Source: a virus
Taxonomy: Duplodnaviria > Heunggongvirae > Uroviricota > Caudoviricetes
Length of the DNA stretch: 28,791 bases
Direction: 5' to 3' (one strand)
IMG/VR virus record: IMGVR_UViG_3300042524_000214
Coordinates: 102,663 to 131,453 of that record
Below the pieces are notes generated by a model. That model did no database searches. It was not told where the DNA came from and worked only from the letters and a program-made list of their open reading frames with translations. Positions 1 to 9,100 of this stretch are shown piece after piece (the stretch's first letter is position 1; every line of letters begins with the position of its first letter). Position numbers and translations under genes: made by a program.

Positions 1-3000
1 TGTGTTGATGTCTTCGTATCTCTCTTCCGGTAAAGGTAGTTCTAAACCTAAATTTTCGGAGATAATGTTGTACTCCGCTAATTCTTGTAGGAACCTTTCT
101 GGAACACTATTAACTGCTTCTACTTTTGATAACTCATCATTGTTTATTAATTCTATTCCTTTATTAGTTACTTTGAAATATGTGTTACCAGTTGTTAAAA
201 TCCACTTGTTGAAGTCCTTTACAAAAACATCTGTCAAGTACTCCTCAGAGTTAGTTATTTTATTGAAATTATCAACAGCAACTCTTGATTTTTGAGTGGA
301 CATAGGAAAGTCAAAAAACTTTTTGTATAGAAACATTTTTTCTAAATTGTCAACATCTATTTCATAATCAGAAATCTCTAATTGATTTGCATTTTTTTGA
401 ACATAAGATTTTAAATCCTCTACTGTTGCTATACCCTCTGGCAATAAGTTTTTGTATTCAAAAAAGTTTTCATAAAGTGTGTCTAAAGATTCCTCTTTAA
501 CTTGTCTATAAATACCCTCGTCTTTTTTAACTAAACCAAATTTTGAAAACATTTCGTAATCAGATAAAGGCTCCTCAACAATAACATCATTATCACTATC
601 GCTTTTTATAATTTCTGTTTTGGCTTCTTTATCCCCAAGTACTTCATAGTACATATCAGAAAATTCTCTTAGGCTTTCCGTGTCTCCGGTGTTTGTTATA
701 GCGTTCTCCATAGAATCCAAAAATCCTAAAAGTTCCCCCCTAGATAATTCTAAAGCTAGTGTTGGTAAATTCCTTAAATCAATACCGTTTAAAAAAGCAT
801 TCTTCTTAATTTTGTTAAGTACCTTTGATACGTTTTTTAAATTGCTACTAAAAACTTCTTCCCCAATTTCTTCTCTTAAAAACTTTATGTCTTCTGAAAG
901 AGTGTCATTAAAGTTGTCTGTAATTGTGTTCTCCAACATTCCCTCAACGTCTTCTGTTTTGTCTGTTAACTCTTCACCTATTACATTTTTTATAGGGGCT
1001 TTTTTATAATCCCTTGCAATAGAATCCACTGTATCTCTAAAATCAGAATCTGTATAGTATTTATTAGTGAAAGCTGTTGGTAATGCTTCGTCAATTTCTG
1101 ACTCTTTTAACCCGGCTACACTTTGCATCAAATCGTCCTCTACTACATTAGGGTTGATAACCTCTTGTTTACCAAATTGGTTAACCTCTCTTCCTTGAGG
1201 TACAATAAAGTTTTCATCGTACTCTATAGTAAAAGGTTCACTATTTCTTAGTGCCAAAAGACTTTCTTTTATTTGCTTTTGTAATTTAGGCGAGCTAAGA
1301 ATAGTGTTTATTTCAAAACTATTGTATAACTTACTTCTTTGTAAAGACAGTTTATCAAAAAGGACAATTCCATTCTTCATCAAAGCTTTTTCCATCTTTT
1401 CAATAAGCTCTTGTGAGCTTTTGACTTTTAGCCCCATTGCTGCATTTTTGGCAGCTTTTATACCTTCTAGCCCTAAAGGTTTTACTTTAGAGTTTGAAAA
1501 GTCCATAAGAGTATTTATAGATGGCTCTCCATTAGAGTCTGTTTCCTTTAAAGAAACTTTTTTGGCTCTTCTTACCATTTCAAAATCAGAAGTTTTTTCA
1601 AATCCTAATGAAGAGTAGAAAGACTCAAGTCTCTCTGGTTTTGTGTTGTTGTCTCTAGGGCTTACGATTAGATAAACATCTTTGCCTTGGGCATCCGTTC
1701 CTTGTAAAAAAACATTGGCTACTTTTCTAGCGTTACCTTTACCTCTATCTAAAGACTCTATAAGCTCCCATTCAATACCATCAAGCTTCTCTCCCGTTGC
1801 TGGGTTAGTTCTTTCTTTTGCAAATATTTTAACTCCATCTTTTTCTAAAGAAGGTTGTCTAGTTGAAACTGGTGCAGATGGTGGATTGAATATTGACATT
1901 CTTGAGCCATCTTGTCCATTAACTATCTCTTTATACTTATCTTTTAACCCTTGAGAAATATCAGAGTTTTGTATAATATCTGCTATTTCCTTCTGTGTCT
2001 TTTTATAATAACCTACATACAAATTGTATAAAGGGTCATACCTTTTTTGAGCATTTCTTTCGCTGTTTATTTCTAAATATAGGCTTTTTAGTTTTTCCTC
2101 TTTGGAAACTGGTATAATAGATTTATAACCTTTTGTGGTATTACTATCATAAGAGTTCTGAAAAGGTTTTGATATTACGTTACCGTTTAGGGTTTGTGAA
2201 TCAACTGGAGAAAGTTCTTTTATTGACTGTGCTCTAGTTATGTTTTTCCATTGGCTAACAACCATTTCATACCCTAAATCCCCTGCTATTTTTGTAATGT
2301 AAGCTACTTGACTATTCGGGTCAAAGCTTTTTCCTGGATTCTCTTTATCGTGTTGTTCTTTGGCTACATCGTATAGGTTTAAAACATCTGTATTAAAGTC
2401 ATATACTTTATCTGTAGCTACTTTAACCATATATTTTGAACTTCCTGAAACCATTGTTTCTCCGTCTTCCGGTCTAGTATAATACATAGCTACTCCACCA
2501 ACTTTTGATAATGCAAATGCTTCTTGCTTTGATGTAGCAGTAGTGGCTCCGGAATTTACTTTTATAGTTTCATACCCGTTGTTACCAACATGATAGAACA
2601 CATAATTACCTTCTCCATCTTCTGTTAAATTCGCATAATTAGAAGAGTTTTCCGGGCTTATGTTTTCCCCTTTTGGTATTGATGTCCACTCTGGTAGTAA
2701 GCCTATTTTTTGCTCTGCAAAAGACATTTCCTCATAAACTTGTTCAGTAAGCTTTTTGGCTTCATCTAGTTTACCTTGTTGTCTCAAAACTCTAGCTTTA
2801 TCTCTCTTTTTGAAGACTTCATCATTAACTCCTGAGAAATTAACAAATGAATTTTGCCCTCTAGTTTCGGTAGTCATTGCTCTTCTAGCTAACGGTGAGT
2901 ACATTCTTGCGTGTATATTCCAAGCATTTTCTTCACCAATTGCTCCAAAGCCATTACCAAACTTAGCGTGACCAAAAAAGTCATGTACAAACCTAAAAAT

Positions 3001-6000
3001 ATCATTGGCTAATAAAGGTAATCCATTAGCATCTTTGTACTTAGTTTCTTGTAACAAAGGGTTCTCTTTTCTTTGTTTATCTGTTATTGGCTCATCTCCA
3101 AATCCTGACTCTGTAGAAAAGATTTTCATACTTTTGTTTTCACGCAAGTCTTTAATCATATCAGCAGAGCTGTCGTATGGTTCTGAATTGTTTATCTCAA
3201 CTTGATAACCTTTGTTTATTATTTTTTGGTACTGTTCCAAAGTCTCATCAACCATCGCCTTATACGCAGCTTTAGTTTCAGAGTCATTAGGTGTAGCTTT
3301 CATTTTAACAAACTCTTGAGCTATTCTTTTACTGTTATCCGTATCTAATTTTGTTATTTTTTGGATAGGGTTAGTACTCATTCCTTTTTCAGACATGTAC
3401 TCATTAGCTATAACAGCTGCATCTTCTAAAGGTTCGTTAAAAAGCTTATTCCCAGCTACAATAGAAAAGTTTATGTTTGAACTTCCTTCTATATCCCCAA
3501 ACTTAGCTTTTGCTTCTTGGGTTTTCTCATAAACTTGTTTAAAGTCCTCGAAAGACATATCTTTTCTTCTGGCGTAAGCTCTTATCATGTACATACCACC
3601 AAAAGTACCTGCATCTAAATGTACAGGTTTACCTCCTTTTATTCCCCAATTTTCTATATTTGTTAAGTCACCATAGATTATATCATAGTTTAAAAATTCT
3701 TGCAAACCATAGCTTTTAAGAACTTCTATTAAATCGGGATTTCTGGTGTCGAAATCAGCTTGACCATAAGGTGTAAGCTCTTGTATCATAACATCTGCAT
3801 CCTCAGTGTCATACTGCTTTCCGGTGTTAATGTCGTAAACAGGTACTTTGGTTTTGCTGCCAAGGACTTCTAATTTTTCAACTACTACATAATTTAACCC
3901 AGTTTCATACACTTGTGGAAGTAAGCCTTTGTCTATCAACTCAGGGTCTCCTTCTTGCATATTTTGGGCTAATCCTCTAGCTGTATTAGCTACTTTTAAT
4001 ACTTTACCGTCTCCCAAATCAAATACAACTCGGTCAGAACCTGAGGATAACTTTTTTAAGTTTGGTATGTCAAATCTTTCTCTAGCCACTTGGTTAATAT
4101 CGTATTTATATCTGAGGTAAACGTTGTTTTCCCCCATATTTCTTGATATTCTGTTACCAGATAACATTTCTGTAGCAGAGGCTGTCCCAAAATCGGCTAA
4201 TGTCATATTAGATACTTCATCTGCTGTGTAACTTGTCAGACCTAATACGTCTTTTATAGATTCCCAAAAACTTCTTAACCAATCTGCTATAGATTGCTCT
4301 TCTTTTGATTGTATTAGTTTAGCACCTTGGTCGCCAATTACTTGAGCTAGTACTTCATTGTTAAATTTCTCAGTACCTTCTTTTAAATCTGGCTGAGTTT
4401 CTTTTACAATGTCTATGTATTGCTGAGCCTCTTCTTTATTTTTTCCAATCAAAGATACCCCGGCTTTGTATAAGTCGTTTCTATTTTCTTTTAACCAATC
4501 TATGTGCAAATGACCAAACTCGTGAATAGGGGTGTCTAATGTCATAGCATCTGTGTTTAGATACACATCTCCTTTATAGGTAAACCCGGCAGTTGTTTTT
4601 TCTACATTTTCTTCTCCAAGTTCTACTAACTTATCTTCTATCTCAGAGTTAGACATCTGGTAGACATTATTAGCCAAACCTGATTGTTTTAGACGGTCTG
4701 ATACTTCTGTTAGTACCTCTTTTTTATTTGTTACTATCTCATTAGAAGATTTTCTATTCTGAGGAATAAATATTTGGTTCTCTCTTGCTGCATCTTCTGT
4801 ATCTTGTAGCAAAGAGTATAGTCTCTCTTTAGGAGTCATCTTTAAACGCTTTTCTACGTTTCTAGCTTCTTCTTCCCCCATAGCAGAACGATACCTTTGG
4901 TATAAATAATTGCTAGGTGCGAATATAATATCTCGGATTTCAGAAGGTGCATCATACCATTTTTTACCATTTAGTTTTGCTTCTTCCTCTTTTTTCTTTT
5001 CAACTAAGTCTTTATATTCATTTTCCTGCTCTGTACTTAAAAAGTAATATATCCCCCTAGTATTGGCTCCTTTTGCAAATCCCTCTTTTTGTTGAATCCA
5101 GTGTTGTATTTCATGTAAAGTTACTGGCAGTAATACAGCATTCAAATTATTAAAATCTGATTTTTGTAATGTTTCATTTGAACCCTCTTTAAAATCCTTT
5201 ACTATTTTGTCAAAACTGTCATTCTCCATCAAAAACATTGAATTAGAGGAACTCATTTTTGTCATTTCAGCATATCCTAATCTTTCAAGAATTTGTAAAT
5301 CTGCTTGTCTTTTATCATACGGGTACTTTTCAAAAGCCATATCTAAAATGTCTGAATATGACATACCAGAATCTCTTAAAGACTCTTTATAAGCATCTAT
5401 CTCTAGGTGCTTATTAACTATCCTTAAAACTTCCGGGTCTAAATTTTTGTATTTTTCTAACCTTGATTTAGCTTCAAAAAAGTCTTTTAGTTTATTGCTT
5501 TCTATACCCAATACAATTTGGCTACCGTCAAAGAACCCCTCTGTGGTAGTACCTCCTTTTTTAGATACAGATATTTTTACATCATTTAATTCTGGGTAGG
5601 CTTGGAATAATTCCGGGTAATTTAGTATAGATTTTAGGCTGTACTTTTTACCAAGTTTGCCCATAGAGTCTATCTTAAAATTCAATGAAGCTTTTGAACT
5701 ATCTAATTCATACTTCCATTGATTATCAGCTCCTTTTTGCCAACCCGTTGCTATTTTTATTTTTAGAGGGTTTTCGTTTGCTTTCTCCATTTCTATAGCA
5801 ACCTCTAAATTGTCAACTACAATTGTGTCTCCAGAGATAGCATCTAAATTTTGTGCACCTTTTAGTCCAACTATCGAAAAGCTAACGTCAGCCGGAGCCA
5901 CTTTGACTATTTTTTTAAAACGTTCTTTTAAAGCATTTAACTTAGTATCCATAGCTTCTTTAAGCTCTTCTACTTCGGTTAGTGCATAAATGTTTAAGGC

Positions 6001-6126
6001 GGTATTTTTATTACCGCCTGTTATATCTACTAAGTTATCAAAAAGTTTACTTCTGTTACCATTGCTAGCATTAACAAAATCTATTTGACCTTTTTCATCT
6101 CTGAAAATTCTACATTTTAAACTCAT
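1..6126 (-). CDS. Giant polyvalent virion protein, 3'-partial (>2042 aa): LPD23-like + zincin (HEIQH) + zincin (HEFGH) + Ser/Thr kinase-like + HD-x3-H domain + ADP-ribosyltransferase-like + GNAT + large unassigned C-terminal region
   Basis: Not in the ORF track. Hand translation from ATG at 6126 (MSLKCRIFRDEKGQIDFVNASNGNRSKLF...) shows no in-frame stop down to base 1. Motifs: TGWQKGADNQWKYELD and LNYPELFQAYPEL (5580-5750); TLHEIQH..Q..EGF (5101-5115) with GEEEARNVEKR (~4846-4878); TPIHEFGH (4510-4524) with EVLAQVIG; GSDRVV/VLKVA/GDL..NWG/LDAG (3607-4041); FRFVHDFFGH (HDFFGH 2968-2985); FYHVG/YYT/LGYE (2266-2598); RGKG/FYSSLGF (1600-1746). Confidence 0.93.
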   Translation of the reverse strand, partial: MSLKCRIFRDEKGQIDFVNASNGNRSKLFDNLVDITGGNKNTALNIYALTEVEELKEAMDTKLNALKERFKKIVKVAPADVSFSIVGLKGAQNLDAISGDTIVVDNLEVAIEMEKANENPLKIKIATGWQKGADNQWKYELDSSKASLNFKIDSMGKLGKKYSLKSILNYPELFQAYPELNDVKISVSKKGGTTTEGFFDGSQIVLGIESNKLKDFFEAKSRLEKYKNLDPEVLRIVNKHLEIDAYKESLRDSGMSYSDILDMAFEKYPYDKRQADLQILERLGYAEMTKMSSSNSMFLMENDSFDKIVKDFKEGSNETLQKSDFNNLNAVLLPVTLHEIQHWIQQKEGFAKGANTRGIYYFLSTEQENEYKDLVEKKKEEEAKLNGKKWYDAPSEIRDIIFAPSNYLYQRYRSAMGEEEARNVEKRLKMTPKERLYSLLQDTEDAARENQIFIPQNRKSSNEIVTNKKEVLTEVSDRLKQSGLANNVYQMSNSEIEDKLVELGEENVEKTTAGFTYKGDVYLNTDAMTLDTPIHEFGHLHIDWLKENRNDLYKAGVSLIGKNKEEAQQYIDIVKETQPDLKEGTEKFNNEVLAQVIGDQGAKLIQSKEEQSIADWLRSFWESIKDVLGLTSYTADEVSNMTLADFGTASATEMLSGNRISRNMGENNVYLRYKYDINQVARERFDIPNLKKLSSGSDRVVFDLGDGKVLKVANTARGLAQNMQEGDPELIDKGLLPQVYETGLNYVVVEKLEVLGSKTKVPVYDINTGKQYDTEDADVMIQELTPYGQADFDTRNPDLIEVLKSYGLQEFLNYDIIYGDLTNIENWGIKGGKPVHLDAGTFGGMYMIRAYARRKDMSFEDFKQVYEKTQEAKAKFGDIEGSSNINFSIVAGNKLFNEPLEDAAVIANEYMSEKGMSTNPIQKITKLDTDNSKRIAQEFVKMKATPNDSETKAAYKAMVDETLEQYQKIINKGYQVEINNSEPYDSSADMIKDLRENKSMKIFSTESGFGDEPITDKQRKENPLLQETKYKDANGLPLLANDIFRFVHDFFGHAKFGNGFGAIGEENAWNIHARMYSPLARRAMTTETRGQNSFVNFSGVNDEVFKKRDKARVLRQQGKLDEAKKLTEQVYEEMSFAEQKIGLLPEWTSIPKGENISPENSSNYANLTEDGEGNYVFYHVGNNGYETIKVNSGATTATSKQEAFALSKVGGVAMYYTRPEDGETMVSGSSKYMVKVATDKVYDFNTDVLNLYDVAKEQHDKENPGKSFDPNSQVAYITKIAGDLGYEMVVSQWKNITRAQSIKELSPVDSQTLNGNVISKPFQNSYDSNTTKGYKSIIPVSKEEKLKSLYLEINSERNAQKRYDPLYNLYVGYYKKTQKEIADIIQNSDISQGLKDKYKEIVNGQDGSRMSIFNPPSAPVSTRQPSLEKDGVKIFAKERTNPATGEKLDGIEWELIESLDRGKGNARKVANVFLQGTDAQGKDVYLIVSPRDNNTKPERLESFYSSLGFEKTSDFEMVRRAKKVSLKETDSNGEPSINTLMDFSNSKVKPLGLEGIKAAKNAAMGLKVKSSQELIEKMEKALMKNGIVLFDKLSLQRSKLYNSFEINTILSSPKLQKQIKESLLALRNSEPFTIEYDENFIVPQGREVNQFGKQEVINPNVVEDDLMQSVAGLKESEIDEALPTAFTNKYYTDSDFRDTVDSIARDYKKAPIKNVIGEELTDKTEDVEGMLENTITDNFNDTLSEDIKFLREEIGEEVFSSNLKNVSKVLNKIKKNAFLNGIDLRNLPTLALELSRGELLGFLDSMENAITNTGDTESLREFSDMYYEVLGDKEAKTEIIKSDSDNDVIVEEPLSDYEMFSKFGLVKKDEGIYRQVKEESLDTLYENFFEYKNLLPEGIATVEDLKSYVQKNANQLEISDYEIDVDNLEKMFLYKKFFDFPMSTQKSRVAVDNFNKITNSEEYLTDVFVKDFNKWILTTGNTYFKVTNKGIELINNDELSKVEAVNSVPERFLQELAEYNIISENLGLELPLPEERYEDINT

Positions 6127-6145
6127 CGTTTTTATTTATTTTATG

Positions 6146-6177
6146 CAAAATTAAGAATTTATTTTTAAAAAAACAAA
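6146..6177 (-). promoter_or_regulatory. Bacteroidota primary-sigma promoter upstream of the polyvalent gene
   Basis: Minus strand reads TTTG (6174-6177), 20-nt spacer, TAATTTTG (6146-6153), then CATAAA. It matches the established Bacteroides/Flavobacterium -33 TTTG / -7 TAnnTTTG consensus and lies 19 nt upstream of the ATG at 6126. Confidence 0.72.
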
Positions 6178-6191
6178 TTTGTTAACTTTTT

Positions 6192-9100
6192 TTACTTACA
6201 AGGTTTGTTTTTTTCGCTGTTTGCATCATCTTGTGCTTCATCGTTTAACTCGTACATTCTGTTTAACGCTTCCGTAACTCTGTCGCTTTGTACAAACTGG
6301 GCTTCTTCTAAAGATATTTTCTTTCTAAAGAATATTTTAGTGGCTATTTCTATAGCTTTTTCTTCAGTCACATCCCCCGTTTTCTGTGCTTCTGCAAACC
6401 AATCTTTTATAAGGTCTTTCAAATCATCTAGTTCTATGATAGGTTTCGGTGAAGAGAACATGTTGTTTTCCATATCTAAACCTATGCTAGCATCATTGGC
6501 TAAGTCATTAGCTGTATGTTCTGGCAACATCCAATCTTTTACACTACCTACATTAGTAACACTAGCTAAAGCATTTACTGCTTTCAACAAGTCTTCTGTA
6601 GGTAAACCTTCTGAATCAAGTATATTTTGATTATTTTCGTCTACATAAAATAAATTGTAAGATGCAGGAGAAAATCCATTATCTGCCAAAAGCTGATTAA
6701 GTTTTAAGGCTGACTCAGCTCTGTTTTTAGAACTGTTGAATATCTCAGTAACTTGTTCTGCTAAATCAGTTCCGGACTCTTTTAATGCTATTGGGAAAGC
6801 TACTAAATACTTACCTTGTCTTACAACAATTATTGGTTGATTTGTTCTTCCTAATAAACCTTTTATAAAATCTTCTCTTACCCCTTTTGTATTGTTTTTT
6901 AATACTAATTTACCATTTTCTATGTAACCGTAATCTATAACTTGGTCTGGTATAATGTCAAACATTTTTATAGAACCATCTTCAAAAGTAAAATTAGGAG
7001 AGCCTAAAAATATGTGTTTTATATAACTTGCTTTTGACAACGAAGCTACGCCCATAATCCCAGATTCCATTCTGCTTTTGAATACTTGTAAAGCTTCTGT
7101 TCTTAAATCTAAATAGCCAGGAATACCTGCTATATCATAAGCCGCTTTTAAATCCCCTAGTTTTCTACCATTTGCATCTACTACGTTTACTTTTATGTTC
7201 TCAAAAAGCTCTTTTTCCAGTTCTTCTACACTTCTACCCTCTTCTAAGCCTTTTTCATAGTTTTGTATAAGTTTTAAGTTGTACTCATCGTTCATGTCTA
7301 AACTAAAAGTAACTTCTGCTGACTCTCCCGGCTCCATGTTGTATATCTCCCTAGGAGAATAATCAGATGCGTTTCTGTAGTCTGTTTTTAGCTTCTCTCC
7401 AGACTCTAAATCATAAACAGGGGAATACCCCCCATTTCTGTTTAAAGTGCCTTCTACGTGCTTCATATTAGCTTCAGCCATTACTTTAGGGAAGTCTTCG
7501 CTTCTTACAGATATAGCACCGCTTCTTTCTATTGTTAGATTAACTTTGCTTCCATCGGTAAGGGTAACTATAAAGTTTGCCCCCGGTAAAGAGTTATCTT
7601 CTACCTCTGCTTGTGTAATTACTTTGGCGGAACCTTTTACTTCTACGTTTTTACCTTTCTCCCATTTAGTTTGTACATAACCTATTTCACCAGTTATGCC
7701 CATTCTTTGTAAAAGTCCAGGTAAAGTAAAGTGTGATATTTGTACAGAGTTTCCTTTTTTCTTAACAAAAACATTCTCATAAACTTGTATGTACTGCTCG
7801 TTTCTAATACCTTTGCTGTTCTCTATTTCTAGAGGTTCATTATCAGATAAGTTTATTAAATCGGAATCTGTGAGTTTTTCTCTAATTATCGGCTCCACTG
7901 TTTGTTTTACCGCCACAGCTTGCATTATCATTTGTTGTAAAGATACCCCATTTTCATTTTGGTACCCCTCTATCAATTGCCAATTAGCCATTTTATCATT
8001 TAGCTCTTGTAATCTAATTACCTCAGCTTTTGTTAAAGATGGTCTTGTTGTAGGTGTAAACCTATTTGAGTTGTACGGGTTTTTGAAAGCAATTAACTCC
8101 GTGTCAATACGTGGGTCGTCAATAGCTCTAGCTGCTAGTTCATAAAACTCTTCTATCTCGGCTTGTGTTGGAACTAAATCTAAAATATTACTTCCAAAAT
8201 TTTCTAATAGATAAGGACTATTCTTAACCATATCTACTATAGAGTCTATCAATGACTTTTTCTCTTGGATTGGTTCTGCTGTTTTTTCTTCATACTTTTT
8301 ATCAATAGCATCTAACTTAGCTTGTTTTTCTTTTTCAAGTTTAGTTATTTCTTTAGTGTTGTCTGCTATTTTTGTAGTTTGTGTGTTTTTATTTTCTTTT
8401 AACTTGTTTATTTTTGTATCGTAACTATCATTAATCTCTTTTAATCTTGATTTTTCTATTACCGGAATAACCTCAGAACCTATAATATTCAATAGATTAG
8501 CTCTGTGATTGCCATCTTCAAATTGTATTGTGCCATCAGGTAAGCGAATTATTTCTGAAGGGTTTGTTTTTACATATTCTACTATTTTATCAACAATACT
8601 TTTATCTGATTTTATAAAATCAATTAGCGGTTTTAATTCTTCTTTGGATTTATCTAATAATTCAGATGGTATACTTAATCCTAATAAATCTGACATATAG
8701 GATACTAAATCTTTCATTTGCTCAGAGGCAAACCCTTGAGTACCTATTCCTCCATTAGGTCTTCTAACATCCTCTGTATTTAATAATTCAACCTGTGAAC
8801 TTATTTCTTTTTGTCTTTCAGCTTCTATATCAGATTGAGAAATACCGACCTGTTGATTATTTAGCAACGGTGTTATTAGGTTATCATATTTATCATAGAT
8901 TTCTTCAAACTTAGCTTTATCATCTGGATTAGTTAATTTGTTTTTGTCTACTTTACCATCTGTCAAAGCATTTTTTGCCTCCGGTATACTCGAAAGTAAT
9001 TCTTTTTGCTCTTGTTCTCTTAACTTAGCTATTTGTTTAGGGCTGTCCTCTTCATCAACTATCTCTTCAGTTGTAGTTTGTAGACCTGCAATCTTGGCAG

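Noticed and set aside
586-600. DSDND (DxDxD) in the giant protein as a virion RNA polymerase catalytic motif
   Set aside because: It lacks the DFDxD/NADFDGD context and sits in an acidic linker-like stretch. No RNAP motif was found in the 1929- or 934-aa proteins either; one could lie beyond the left edge.
2968-2985. Classical HD phosphohydrolase or third zincin
   Set aside because: HDFFGH spacing fits neither HExxH nor the H...HD...D layout that I can verify, so it is left as an unassigned domain.
6172-6183. Palindrome AACAAATTTGTT over the -33 box as an operator
   Set aside because: Short, AT-rich and not repeated at the other promoters (only a weak ACAAA/TTTGT pair near 14813-14827); likely chance.
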